Shown here in pieces: positions 45,056-55,691 of a stretch of DNA of 64,000 nucleotides (the stretch's first letter is position 1; each line of letters opens with the position of its first letter). A program made the position numbers and the translations under genes. Origin of the DNA: a virus (lineage: Duplodnaviria; Caudoviricetes); IMG/VR virus record IMGVR_UViG_3300042940_000551, positions 100-64,099 of that record; one strand, 5' to 3'. Below the pieces are notes generated by a model. That model had not been told where the DNA came from. It was given only the letters and a program-made list of their open reading frames with translations, and searched no databases.

Positions 45056-47683
45056 ATGGCTACTAATTTTCCAACATCATTAGACTCATTAACTAATCCC
45101 GCAACAACGGACCAGTTAAATAGCCCTTCACATGCCGCACAACACGCAAACGCAAATGACGCCATAGAGGCCTTAGAGGCTAAAGTCGGAGTTGATGGCT
45201 CAACAGTAACAACTTCCCATGCATATAAAATTGCACAGCTGGAATCAGATATTCAAAATAGCGCAGGGGACTTTATCCCATTAAGCGTACTGGGACAACC
45301 TTCTGGCCCTGCCGAATTAAATGCAGACGGAAACCTAATAGTTCCAGAAAATAAAATTATTATTGAAGGGGCAACAGCCGATGCCCATGAATTAACTTTA
45401 CAGGCTCCAGATGTAACATCAGATATTACAGTAACTCTTCCAAATGCCAGCGGAACATTGGCTCTTACAACAGATGTTTCAACGGCAATAACTAACCTTG
45501 TTAGCTCTGCTCCATCCACATTAGATACATTAAATGAATTAGCCACAGCTCTTGGAAATGATGCAAATTTTGCAACGACAACGGCTACATCAATTGGCAA
45601 TAAGGTTTCAAAAGCAGGCGGAGATACAATTACTGCATCTTCTGCATCAGTAAAGCCATTAGCTATTAAAGCTGCATCCTCTCAAACTGCCAATCTTATG
45701 GAATTTCAAAATTCAAGTGGAACTGCCATAACATTTTTTAATGCATCTGGAGGATTAACAGCAACCGAAGGAGTAATCTCTACATCTTATTCAGGCGGAA
45801 AGATGACAACAGGAACTTTAGGATATTTGAATGCCACAACATTTACCCCTTCAGTAAGTCCTGTAGTAGTCCGTGGCGCAGCATCACAAACTGCTGATCT
45901 TCAAGAATGGCAAAACTCTTCTGGTGGTGTCTTACTGGGTATAGATTCAACAGGAAGTTTAAATATAGGTGCTGGTTCTAGTAACATATGGAAAATAAAA
46001 AACCAGACCAGTGCGGTAATGGAATGGCAACCAGTACAAGGATTTATGTTCTTGCCTTATGGTGCTTCTAATAGACCCGTAACAATTAAAGGTGCCGCAA
46101 GTCAAACAGGTAATTTAACAGAGTGGCAGAATAGTGCGGGTACTGTGCTTACAAGCGTAAACTCGTTTGGGGATGTCACAGCCCCTGGTATGTTTTCATC
46201 TGGAAGCGTACGTGGGGGAACGATAACAAGCCTCGGTGGTTTCCATTCTTTTACAAGCAATGTGCCTTCTATCCCCGTTAATGTTACACGTGCTGCGGCC
46301 TCCCAAACTGCTAACCTTCAAGAATGGCAGAATAGTTCTGGTACCGTATTGGCTGCTATTGATAGCACGGGCACTATAGCGCTTGCAGGAGGAAAACTTT
46401 TATCTTTTGCAAACTCTATTGGAGCAAAAATAAATCTATATGGAGGGAACTATACACTAGGTATAGATGACTATACAACTGTAATTACAGCAGACAATAA
46501 CGCAAGTAATGGTCGTGTTGGAATTAGACCACATACTGCTACTTATAGCACCTCTTATGTTAGCCCTATTGAATTATTTGTAAATGGTCAAATTAAACAA
46601 AATCTAACTGTTACTAATGTTGTTGGCCATATTATTAAAGCCGCAGCATCACAAACCGCTAATCTTCAAGAGTGGCAAAATGCTGCAGGAACAGTTTTAT
46701 CTAAAGTTGATTCAACTGGAGCTATGTTTACAATTACTCCAGCAGCAAATACTAATACCAATCAAGTTGCTACTACAGCTTATGTTCAAACAGAATTAGC
46801 GGACTTAGTTAATTCCGCTCCAGCAGCCCTAGATACATTAAATGAACTTGCAACAGCGCTAGGAAACGATGCTAGCTTCTCTACCACTGTAACTAATAGT
46901 ATAGCCCTTAAGGCACCACTGGCTTCTCCAGCCCTTACAGGAACTCCTACAGCACCTACAGCAACGGCGGGAACCAATACAACACAACTTGCAACTACAG
47001 CATTTGTTAAAACAGAAATTACAAGTAGCGTACAACCAGGAGCGGTATATCAAACATCTGCTCCATCATCTCCTGCCGTCGGTCAAATTTGGATTGATTC
47101 AGATCAGGATGTAACTACATTTGACTCTAATATTATTCGCCGCAAATCAATTACTGCAACAGCAGGACAAACAGTGTTTACTACCGACCTCCCATTCATC
47201 GATGGATTTGAGCAGGTATTCTTTAATGGTCTTCTGCTTCTAAAGACTTCAGACTATACAACATCAGGCGGAAATACAGTAACCCTTACATCTGCGGCGG
47301 CAGTATCAGATATAGTAGAAATAGTTTCAGTAACTGGAGCTAATTCAGTATCTACATATACTCAGGCAGAGACAAATGCTCTCTTGGCTGCAAATACTTC
47401 AGTTGCCCCATTGTCTATTTCAGCAAATACTACATTGGTGGCTAAGAAGAGGTATTTCGTAACATCAGCATCTGCCCTTACTTTGACCTTACCAGCAACA
47501 CCAGCATTAAATGATGAAATTCAAATACTAGATGCATCTGGAAACGCTTCGACGTATAATATAACAGTGGCCCGAAATGGTAATAAGATCAACGGCGGAA
47601 CTGGAAACTTGATTATAGATATGAATGGTGCCTGGACTACACTGCTTTATACTGGCTCTACTTATGGATGGAAGGTGGGATAA
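45056..47683 (+). CDS. long modular tail/head fibre protein
   Basis: 5 x ASQT.(N/D)L.EWQN repeats, 2 x LDTLNELATALGND, C-terminal T4-fibre-like module. Confidence 0.8.
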   Translation: MATNFPTSLDSLTNPATTDQLNSPSHAAQHANANDAIEALEAKVGVDGSTVTTSHAYKIAQLESDIQNSAGDFIPLSVLGQPSGPAELNADGNLIVPENKIIIEGATADAHELTLQAPDVTSDITVTLPNASGTLALTTDVSTAITNLVSSAPSTLDTLNELATALGNDANFATTTATSIGNKVSKAGGDTITASSASVKPLAIKAASSQTANLMEFQNSSGTAITFFNASGGLTATEGVISTSYSGGKMTTGTLGYLNATTFTPSVSPVVVRGAASQTADLQEWQNSSGGVLLGIDSTGSLNIGAGSSNIWKIKNQTSAVMEWQPVQGFMFLPYGASNRPVTIKGAASQTGNLTEWQNSAGTVLTSVNSFGDVTAPGMFSSGSVRGGTITSLGGFHSFTSNVPSIPVNVTRAAASQTANLQEWQNSSGTVLAAIDSTGTIALAGGKLLSFANSIGAKINLYGGNYTLGIDDYTTVITADNNASNGRVGIRPHTATYSTSYVSPIELFVNGQIKQNLTVTNVVGHIIKAAASQTANLQEWQNAAGTVLSKVDSTGAMFTITPAANTNTNQVATTAYVQTELADLVNSAPAALDTLNELATALGNDASFSTTVTNSIALKAPLASPALTGTPTAPTATAGTNTTQLATTAFVKTEITSSVQPGAVYQTSAPSSPAVGQIWIDSDQDVTTFDSNIIRRKSITATAGQTVFTTDLPFIDGFEQVFFNGLLLLKTSDYTTSGGNTVTLTSAAAVSDIVEIVSVTGANSVSTYTQAETNALLAANTSVAPLSISANTTLVAKKRYFVTSASALTLTLPATPALNDEIQILDASGNASTYNITVARNGNKINGGTGNLIIDMNGAWTTLLYTGSTYGWKVG

Positions 47684-49512
47684 TGACTGATATTAGAATG
47701 TCTACAATGGTCGGTACCCCATTTGGTACATCTGAAACAAGACCTGCTAATCCAGTAATTGGGCAAACCTATTTTAATGGTACGCTTGGCGTACAGGAGA
47801 TTTACACAGCATCAGGCTGGCTTCCAGCAACAGGTGCAAATGACTTTAACGTAACATTGGCTGGGCCAGTAACTACTGCTACATTTACAAAAGAGTATTT
47901 TGCAGGGGCATATACAATTGCTTCAGCTTTACTGGACTCATCTTATGATATTTATGTCTATGACACAGCGGGCAATCAAGTTGGATATACAAAGTCTCCA
48001 TCTTTAAATGCAACAGGAAACTTTAATAAAATTGTTGTTGTAGGAGGATCTTCTGGAGACCTATTATCATTTAGCTACAAAACAACATTTACAGCAACTA
48101 ATACTACATCACAAGTAACGGCGGGAGCATTTATTACATCGGTTACTCCAACAGCATTAAACTCAATTGATGACACTACTACACTTGTAGGTGGAAACTT
48201 TGCTTCAAATGTTGCAGTATATTTTGTAGGCTCAGATAGTGTTGAGATACCAGCAAAGTCAATTGTTAGATCGTCTAGCTCTCAATTAATAGTAACTAGA
48301 CCAGATACATTTTCAACACAGCTTGGCACATATAAGGTTGTAGTAGAAAATCCAGGGGTTACAAGACCAACAGGATCTAGCCTTCACATTTTAAATAATG
48401 CTATTACGGCAGGAACCACGCCCAACTGGACAACAGGTACAACTCTTCCAGAAATTGCAAAGAATATTGCATACACGACAACACTTGTAGCAACAGATAC
48501 AGAAGGAACAGATATTGATTACTCTATTATTTCTGGAACATTGCCTGCAGGAATTACATTAAACAATGAGACTGGAGTTATATCTGGTACGTATACAGGC
48601 GCAGATTTTAATACAACTAATTTATTAGTAAGAGCAGTAGACACAGGTGGCAACACTGTAGATAGAACATTCAGACTATTCTCATTAAATCCAGTGTGGA
48701 ATACTGGAGCTACACTTTCTTCAGCAAATTCAGGTGTTGCATACTCAAATCAGCTATCTGCTTCTGATGATAACTCTATTACATATTCATTAATATCTGG
48801 ATCATTTCCTACTGGAATTTCTTTATCATCTAGTGGATTAATATCTGGAACTTCAAACGATACCGCAGGAACAAACTACTCTATTGTAATAAGAGCAACA
48901 GATTCTAGTGGAAATTATACAAATAAAGCATTCACACTACTTATTTCAGGATTTATTCCACTTACATGGACTACTGCTGGAGGAGCAAGTTATTCTATAA
49001 CAGGAAATGGAACTACAACATCTTCTGTTTATAAAACAAGCAATAATGAATCATGGGCTCATAATGTGTATAACAATACTGATATCTACGGACCATTCTC
49101 GTTTGAATGGAGTGCTCAAGCAGCTTCTAATGGTGGTGATGATGGAAACTCTTATAAAATGATTGGTGTTGGAAAAACATCTGATATTCCAAGGACTGAT
49201 GCTCAAGGATATCGAGCATTTTACACGCTATATCCATATAGAACTGACGGCCTATCGTGGTTTGACCCAACATCAGACGGATCTGCGGGAGTCCCATGGA
49301 CCAACGGAGAAACTTTTGTTATTTCGGTTTATGCAAATGGTGATGTGAAGGCTTATAGAAAAAACAGTGGTCTAGTTAAAGAGTGGAGTACTGCGTACAC
49401 GGGAGCATGGAGAGTTGGAGCTTCTATCTATTCTATCAACTCTCCCAAAGGTGGTTTTGCAGATGGAAGAGTAAGAGCTGGACAAGTATGGAACGGCACT
49501 CAGTATGTCTAG
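47683..49512 (+). CDS. Ig-like (IPT/putative Ig) repeat structural protein
   Basis: LP.GI.L..TG.ISGT repeats; beta-rich C-terminal domain. Confidence 0.7.
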   Translation: MTDIRMSTMVGTPFGTSETRPANPVIGQTYFNGTLGVQEIYTASGWLPATGANDFNVTLAGPVTTATFTKEYFAGAYTIASALLDSSYDIYVYDTAGNQVGYTKSPSLNATGNFNKIVVVGGSSGDLLSFSYKTTFTATNTTSQVTAGAFITSVTPTALNSIDDTTTLVGGNFASNVAVYFVGSDSVEIPAKSIVRSSSSQLIVTRPDTFSTQLGTYKVVVENPGVTRPTGSSLHILNNAITAGTTPNWTTGTTLPEIAKNIAYTTTLVATDTEGTDIDYSIISGTLPAGITLNNETGVISGTYTGADFNTTNLLVRAVDTGGNTVDRTFRLFSLNPVWNTGATLSSANSGVAYSNQLSASDDNSITYSLISGSFPTGISLSSSGLISGTSNDTAGTNYSIVIRATDSSGNYTNKAFTLLISGFIPLTWTTAGGASYSITGNGTTTSSVYKTSNNESWAHNVYNNTDIYGPFSFEWSAQAASNGGDDGNSYKMIGVGKTSDIPRTDAQGYRAFYTLYPYRTDGLSWFDPTSDGSAGVPWTNGETFVISVYANGDVKAYRKNSGLVKEWSTAYTGAWRVGASIYSINSPKGGFADGRVRAGQVWNGTQYV

Positions 49513-51187
49513 AATTAGAGATATAGCAAATATACTAACAGCGGCAAATAGCTTAGCTACTGATACTGAAACAGCGGCGGCAATAACATCACATAATAGT
49601 GCTACTACTTCTGTACACGGAATAGCTAATACAGCCAGCCTTGCAACACAAGATTTTGTATTATTAAATAAAGGAGTACCTTCTGGTACAACAGCTCAAA
49701 GACCAGTAAACTTTTTATCTTCTACTGGTGATGTATATTCAAATACATCTACTGGGTATATGGAAATTTATAATTCTACTTATGGATGGGAAAAAGTCGG
49801 AGCAAATCCATCTAATCTTGTAGTCACGCCAACAAATGTTGGAACTGGAAGAGCATTTAATAATGGAGCGGTAGAGGTAGATCTTGGATTCCCTGCAGTT
49901 CCTGGAAGAACTTATACAATTACATCAACACCAACTACTACAACATATACAGCAAATACAGCATACGCAATATTTGACGGACTTCAGTCTTCAACACAAT
50001 ATACTTTTACAGCAACATCAACAAATCTTTATGGATCATCTACTCCAGTTACATCATCTACAGTAACAGTTACAACCGTTCCTCAAGCTCCAACAATTGG
50101 AACTGCGGTGGCTGGAAGTAATACTGTAACAGTTTCTTGGACACCAGGAGCAACTGGTGGATCTGCAATTACTGGATATTCAGTTTATCCTCTTATTAAT
50201 GGAGTTCCACAAAATCCAACAACCGTTCCAAATCAAACTTCAGCTGGAATATCTGTAACAGATGGAACAGCATATACATTTAAAGTTGCAGCAATTAATG
50301 CTAATGGAATGTCACAATTATCAAGCGCAAGTAACAGCGCTACACCATCAAGTAGCATAACCGTTGATTATCTAGTTGTTGCAGGCGGAGGCGGTGGAGG
50401 TGCTGAAAATGGCGGAGGCGGAGGTGCTGGAGGTTTGCGTTCTACAGTTACAGCAACTGGAAGAAATGCAACTTTAGAATCTGCTTTACAGATTACTCCT
50501 GGTAGTGTGTATACCATAAATGTTGGTGCAGGAGGTCCTGGTGCACTTAATAGTGGTGTAAAAGGAAGCAACGGTGTAAATTCATCAATTAGCGGTTCTG
50601 GAATAACAACAGTAACATCCCTTGGTGGCGGAGCAGGTGGTAGCGGTGGTAATGGCAGCCAGAATAACGGAACAACTGGTGGTTGTGGTGGTGCTGCAAG
50701 AGGAAATCGTTCTGGTGCATTTAATGGATTAGGAACTGCTGGGCAAGGTTATGATGCTGGAACTACAGGTGATGGATTGTCTTCTCCAGGTGGCGGTGGA
50801 GCAGGCTCTGCTGGCGTAAATACTACTAATGGAAGTACACCAACAAGTGGCGGAAATGGTCTAGCCGTTTCTATTACAGGCTCATCAATTACCTACGCAG
50901 GTGGTGGTGGAGGAAGTTGGAATAGTAATGGTTCAAGTGGCGGATCAGGCGGCGGTGGTAATGGTGCTTCTGGCCAAAACGCTGGTGGAAATGGTACTGA
51001 TAATTTAGGTGGCGGAGGCGGCGGTGGGGGAGACTCTCACGAACCCGACGGAGGTTCTGGTGGCTCAGGAGTAGTAATACTTCGTGCTTTACAAGCAGCG
51101 GTATCTACAACAGGTTCTCCAGTTGCGACAACTTCAGGATCTTACTATATTTATAAATTTACAGGAAACGGGAGCATAACTTTCTAA
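49505..51187 (+). CDS. FnIII plus glycine-rich domain protein
   Basis: VPQAPTI, W.P..TGG..ITGY; VDYLVVAGGGGG...GGSGVVI. Confidence 0.8.
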   Translation: MSRIRDIANILTAANSLATDTETAAAITSHNSATTSVHGIANTASLATQDFVLLNKGVPSGTTAQRPVNFLSSTGDVYSNTSTGYMEIYNSTYGWEKVGANPSNLVVTPTNVGTGRAFNNGAVEVDLGFPAVPGRTYTITSTPTTTTYTANTAYAIFDGLQSSTQYTFTATSTNLYGSSTPVTSSTVTVTTVPQAPTIGTAVAGSNTVTVSWTPGATGGSAITGYSVYPLINGVPQNPTTVPNQTSAGISVTDGTAYTFKVAAINANGMSQLSSASNSATPSSSITVDYLVVAGGGGGGAENGGGGGAGGLRSTVTATGRNATLESALQITPGSVYTINVGAGGPGALNSGVKGSNGVNSSISGSGITTVTSLGGGAGGSGGNGSQNNGTTGGCGGAARGNRSGAFNGLGTAGQGYDAGTTGDGLSSPGGGGAGSAGVNTTNGSTPTSGGNGLAVSITGSSITYAGGGGGSWNSNGSSGGSGGGGNGASGQNAGGNGTDNLGGGGGGGGDSHEPDGGSGGSGVVILRALQAAVSTTGSPVATTSGSYYIYKFTGNGSITF

Positions 51188-51543
51188 TGGCACATTTTGC
51201 AAAACTAGATGACAACAACATTGTACTTGAAGTTCATGTTGTAAATAACGAAGTGCTTGATAGCAATAATGAAGAAGCATCTGGAATTCAATTTTTAACT
51301 GAATGGTCAGGCGGATATTCTAACTGGAAGCAAACGTCATATAATGGAAATTTTAGAAAACAATATTGTGGAGTAGGATTTTTTTATAATGCAGAAGCAG
51401 ATGTTTTTATTGCCCCACAGCCTTACCCTTCCTGGTCTTTAGATAGTAATCATGATTGGCAGGCACCAGAACCTATGCCAAATGATGGGGAAGTGTATTC
51501 ATGGAATGAAGATTTGTTAAGTTGGGAGATTATAAATGGCTAA
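51187..51543 (+). CDS. small MAHFA-type protein accompanying Gly-rich fibre proteins
   Basis: MAHFAKLD, WKQTSYN, FIAPQPYPSW. Confidence 0.75.
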   Translation: MAHFAKLDDNNIVLEVHVVNNEVLDSNNEEASGIQFLTEWSGGYSNWKQTSYNGNFRKQYCGVGFFYNAEADVFIAPQPYPSWSLDSNHDWQAPEPMPNDGEVYSWNEDLLSWEIING

Positions 51544-51940
51544 AGTAATAAGAGTATGGAGCGGAACTGAATGGGTTGAGGTTGGAGTTCAAGCAGCCCT
51601 TCCAGGAGACTATGTAGATACCGCTGCCCTTAATTCCGCCCTTGGTTCATATAAGCAAGAGGTAAACCTAGCAATCTCTGCAAACACAACATTAGTTGCG
51701 GGACGCAGATACTTTGTAGATACAACAGCAGCAAGAACATTAACACTTCCTGCAAGCCCAACACTTGGCCAAGAAATTATTATCTTTGATGCAACAGGAT
51801 CGGCGGGAACAAATAATATAACCGTAGCAAGAAACGGCAATAAGATTAATGGATTAACAGAAGATGCTATAATAGATGTAAATCAATCAGTAACTACACT
51901 AATTTATACAGGCACAACGCTAGGATGGAGTTTCATATAA
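51536..51940 (+). CDS. small fibre-module protein
   Basis: C-terminal ~90 aa paralogous to the end of 45056. Confidence 0.75.
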   Translation: MAKVIRVWSGTEWVEVGVQAALPGDYVDTAALNSALGSYKQEVNLAISANTTLVAGRRYFVDTTAARTLTLPASPTLGQEIIIFDATGSAGTNNITVARNGNKINGLTEDAIIDVNQSVTTLIYTGTTLGWSFI

Positions 51941-53526
51941 TGGCTATTAAGAAATCATCAGGTTCAGGTATTCCGTTTGGTAATACTGCAGGGCGTCCTG
52001 CTAATCCAGGACTAGGCCAATTATACTCAAATGGTGAAGCTTCCAGATTAGAGTTGTACACACAGTCTTCTGGCTGGCAAAATATTATTCAAGAGGTTCC
52101 AGGAGTGGCTTCAATTACAGGAAATTATTCTGAAGCAACAAATTCAGGAACCATTACAATTGTAGGTACTAATTTTGCTACAGGTGCAATTGCATCAGCA
52201 ATTGGCACAAATGGCGTTGAGGTTCAAGCACAATCTACAACTTATAATTCACTAGTACAATTAACAGCAGTGTTCACAGGATTATCAAATGCCAATGAGC
52301 CTTATGATATTAAAGTAACAAACCCTTCAAATTTATTTGGATTAATTCCAGATGCATTATATGTAAATGCTAGTCCAATATGGGTTACTTCAAGTGGATC
52401 GTTAGGAACATTTACAGAGCAGGTCAGCATTACTTTATCAGCATTATCTTCCACAGATTCAGACTCTACGGTTACATATGCACTTGCGTCAGGTTCATCA
52501 TTACCTTCAGGAGTTACATTAAATTCTTCAACTGGAGTAATTTCAGGAACTCTTCCAGATATTGCTTCTAATACAACATATACCTTTACAATTAATGCAA
52601 GTGATGGAGTAAATACAATACCAAGAACATTTAGCATTACATCAAACACATTCCTTGCTATTTCAACAGCAGAAACATTAGTGGTTGCAGGCGGAGGCGG
52701 CGGTGGCTCTAACGGTAATACAACTGGCGGAGGCGGTGGAGGAGCTGGTGGATATTTATATAATGCATCAACATCATTTGTTCCTGGAACAGCTTATACA
52801 CTAACTATTGGTACTGGTGGAACTGGGTTAACTCGCACTGGGGGACACACTACGCCAACGACTGGAAATAAAGGAACAAATTCTATTATTTCTGGTAGCG
52901 GATTTACAACAATAACAGCACTTGGCGGCGGAGGCGGCGTAAGCAATCAAAGTGGTGGAACTAGCAGTAATGCTAGTGGAGGTTCGGGCGGTGGAGGAAA
53001 CTACATTATATCACCTGGAACTGGAGTATCTGGACAAGGTAACGCTGGTGGATCATCAGAAAATGCTGGCGGCAATAACCTTTCTTTTGGCGGAGGTGGC
53101 GGTGGAGGATCAGCAGGAACTCCTAGCACACCAGCGCAAGGTTTTGGTGGCAACGGAGGAGCTGGAACAGCAAATTCAATTACTGGAACTTCATTATTTT
53201 ATGCAGCTGGAGGTGGAGGTGGCGTAAGAAGTAATTATACAGCAGGCATTGGTGGAAGTGGTATTGGAGGAAATGGTACAGTCGGTACTGGAAATGGAAG
53301 CAATGCAAGCCCTGCAAACCGTGGTTCAGGCGGCGGCGGAGGCGGTGGAGATAACGACCAGCCAAGTTATATTGGTGGAACTGGTAGCGATGGAGTAATT
53401 ATTATTGCTTACCCAGATAACGTTGTAGCCCCTACAATATCTGGTGGATTAACCTATGATCAACCAACACGTGCAGGATATAGAGTTTATCGGTTCACAG
53501 CAGGCACTGGCACAATTACATTTTAA
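51940..53526 (+). CDS. Ig-like plus glycine-rich domain protein
   Basis: N-terminus like 47683, C-terminus like 49505. Confidence 0.78.
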   Translation: MAIKKSSGSGIPFGNTAGRPANPGLGQLYSNGEASRLELYTQSSGWQNIIQEVPGVASITGNYSEATNSGTITIVGTNFATGAIASAIGTNGVEVQAQSTTYNSLVQLTAVFTGLSNANEPYDIKVTNPSNLFGLIPDALYVNASPIWVTSSGSLGTFTEQVSITLSALSSTDSDSTVTYALASGSSLPSGVTLNSSTGVISGTLPDIASNTTYTFTINASDGVNTIPRTFSITSNTFLAISTAETLVVAGGGGGGSNGNTTGGGGGGAGGYLYNASTSFVPGTAYTLTIGTGGTGLTRTGGHTTPTTGNKGTNSIISGSGFTTITALGGGGGVSNQSGGTSSNASGGSGGGGNYIISPGTGVSGQGNAGGSSENAGGNNLSFGGGGGGGSAGTPSTPAQGFGGNGGAGTANSITGTSLFYAAGGGGGVRSNYTAGIGGSGIGGNGTVGTGNGSNASPANRGSGGGGGGGDNDQPSYIGGTGSDGVIIIAYPDNVVAPTISGGLTYDQPTRAGYRVYRFTAGTGTITF

Positions 53527-53541
53527 TAGTATAATAAAATT

Positions 53542-55287
53542 ATGAGCTACCAACTAAAAGTAATCAAAGACTACCCGCTTGGCTTCTGGCCACTTGATGA
53601 GTCTTCTGGCACAACAGCATCAGATAAATCGGGCTGTGGAAATAATGCTACATATGTAGGCTCTCCAGTATCAAATATATTACCTTTAGTTTCAGGCGGG
53701 ATATCAGGAACAAATATAACAACTACTGCATATATAACAGTTCCAATAACAAAAGACTACTATTCAAAAATCGTAGAGTCAGCTTTTGGTACTAAATATA
53801 ATGCTGATAGCGACTTTACAATGGAAGTCTGGTTTAGCCCTTCCATAGAATCAAATTCAGTAGTTAGAATATTTGGAGACACAACAAATAATATCGGCAT
53901 ATTCTGGGAAAACGGCGATGTTATATTTAAGGTATCAGCAACGGAAGAAATTAGATACCGTGTAAGATATTCAAAAAGAACTCATCACGTTGTAGGCACA
54001 TATAACTCCAAGTCTATATCTTTGTATATAGATGGAGAACCAGCAATAAGCAAAGACCTAGAGTCTTTTAAATTTACAAATACATCTTTATTCCTACAGA
54101 TTGGGCCTACTACAGTTTCTGGAGATACATTTATTGTAGATGCTCCAGCAGTATATAGATACACTCTGCCAGCACAATCTATAAAAAGACACTATCTATC
54201 AGGAGTAGTTTCATATCCAGCAATTCAAGTAGTTTATCCAGAACAGGGCACACTCTTTGCTTTAACAGATGCTAACAAAAAAGTTTCTTTTACATATTCT
54301 TATCCACAAGATAAGCGATGGGTAGACTTGTTAGATGATTACACATATTATGATATTGAAGATCAATATATAGGTTTTACAGAAACAGATGCAGTACAAG
54401 CAAGAACCTTTGTGGTAAATGATTTTGTTGCAATTCCGACTGAATTAGACCTATCAACATCTAAAGTCGAGTGGCGAGACGATATTGGGGTGGCGGTAGA
54501 AACAAGCATAGATAATATTACTTTCCTTCCCTGCACAAATGGAGCGGCAATCCCACAATATAAAAGAGGTTCCTTTAGCAATAGCGGAAAACTATATATT
54601 AGAATAACCATGACCAGCTCAGACACAAGCAAATATTATCCAAGACTATCATTTTTTAAAATTTCATTTTATAGAGACAAGACCCTATTTGCAAATAATT
54701 CAGGGGATAAAATAACCTCATCGTCAGACTATGCCCTTGGATCGATAAATTATCCTGTCTTATCTAGAAATTATAATAATGGATTAAGGACAACAAATGG
54801 AGCTGGATTTGATTTAAATACATTAAGTTCTGTTAAGTCCCTAGAGATGTTCTTTACGCCCCTTACGTTGGCTTCTAACACCCTTATCTACGCTTCCGAC
54901 CCTTCTACCACCAGACTGGCCTGGAACGGCTCTGGAGCGGTCTCTAAGGCCAATATAGCCAAGATATATGTAAATGGCGTAGACGTATCTAATCAAACGA
55001 ATATATCTAATTATTTAAACGCTGAGGAGCCTCATCATATTGTAATTGTATTTACCCAGCCAGTAACTGGTTTAATTAAATTTAATTATGAGACTACTGG
55101 GGGTCCAAGTAACCTATATAAGAATGTGGCTATATACGAAAAGGAGTTAACTCAGTCCTTAGTAAATACACATTTTAAGATTTATACTGGAAGGCCAGCA
55201 TCTTCGATCACGGAAACGTCATTTAACCTGACAGAAAATGCCGTTGAATCTTATAATGATGACTGGGTTGTGCTACAAAGCGTATAA
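53542..55287 (+). CDS. LamG/ConA-like domain structural protein
   Basis: P.GFWPLDE.SGT.A.D, FT.EVW, HHVVG.Y. Confidence 0.75.
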   Translation: MSYQLKVIKDYPLGFWPLDESSGTTASDKSGCGNNATYVGSPVSNILPLVSGGISGTNITTTAYITVPITKDYYSKIVESAFGTKYNADSDFTMEVWFSPSIESNSVVRIFGDTTNNIGIFWENGDVIFKVSATEEIRYRVRYSKRTHHVVGTYNSKSISLYIDGEPAISKDLESFKFTNTSLFLQIGPTTVSGDTFIVDAPAVYRYTLPAQSIKRHYLSGVVSYPAIQVVYPEQGTLFALTDANKKVSFTYSYPQDKRWVDLLDDYTYYDIEDQYIGFTETDAVQARTFVVNDFVAIPTELDLSTSKVEWRDDIGVAVETSIDNITFLPCTNGAAIPQYKRGSFSNSGKLYIRITMTSSDTSKYYPRLSFFKISFYRDKTLFANNSGDKITSSSDYALGSINYPVLSRNYNNGLRTTNGAGFDLNTLSSVKSLEMFFTPLTLASNTLIYASDPSTTRLAWNGSGAVSKANIAKIYVNGVDVSNQTNISNYLNAEEPHHIVIVFTQPVTGLIKFNYETTGGPSNLYKNVAIYEKELTQSLVNTHFKIYTGRPASSITETSFNLTENAVESYNDDWVVLQSV

Positions 55288-55349
55288 TTTGTCACTTCCA
55301 TTGACAAAAAGCTGGACTTAATCTATAAACAATGGTAAAATAAAAGCCT

Positions 55350-55691
55350 ATGGAAATTAAAGGTATAAAGCAGCAGATCATAGAGGAATCCCCACTAGGG
55401 ATCTACGTTTGGGAAATGCCAGACGGACGCTGGATAGGAGATGACGATGGCAACTTTCTTTCAGTCACGTCCAAAAAAGGAAATAGATCCAGAATCGATG
55501 CTTTGGCTAGAGAAGTTCGCTCATATGGTATATATGAGGGCGGGCCTAAATTTCTTTCAGCAAGACGAAAAATTACCGATGAAGAATTTGAAGAACAACA
55601 CCAAAGACTCAAGTGGGGATTAGTCCCAGATCCTTTGGATATTGGAAACTATAAAGATGAGCTTAAAGGCATAAGAGCAGAGGGGCAATAA
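55350..55691 (+). CDS. conserved hypothetical protein upstream of portal
   Basis: GIYVWEMPDGR, GLVPDPLDIG. Confidence 0.8.
   Translation: MEIKGIKQQIIEESPLGIYVWEMPDGRWIGDDDGNFLSVTSKKGNRSRIDALAREVRSYGIYEGGPKFLSARRKITDEEFEEQHQRLKWGLVPDPLDIGNYKDELKGIRAEGQ

Noticed and set aside
45660-46720. Diversity-generating retroelement TR/VR pair
   Set aside because: Differences are not adenine-specific, copies are synonymously diverged, and no reverse transcriptase is in the window
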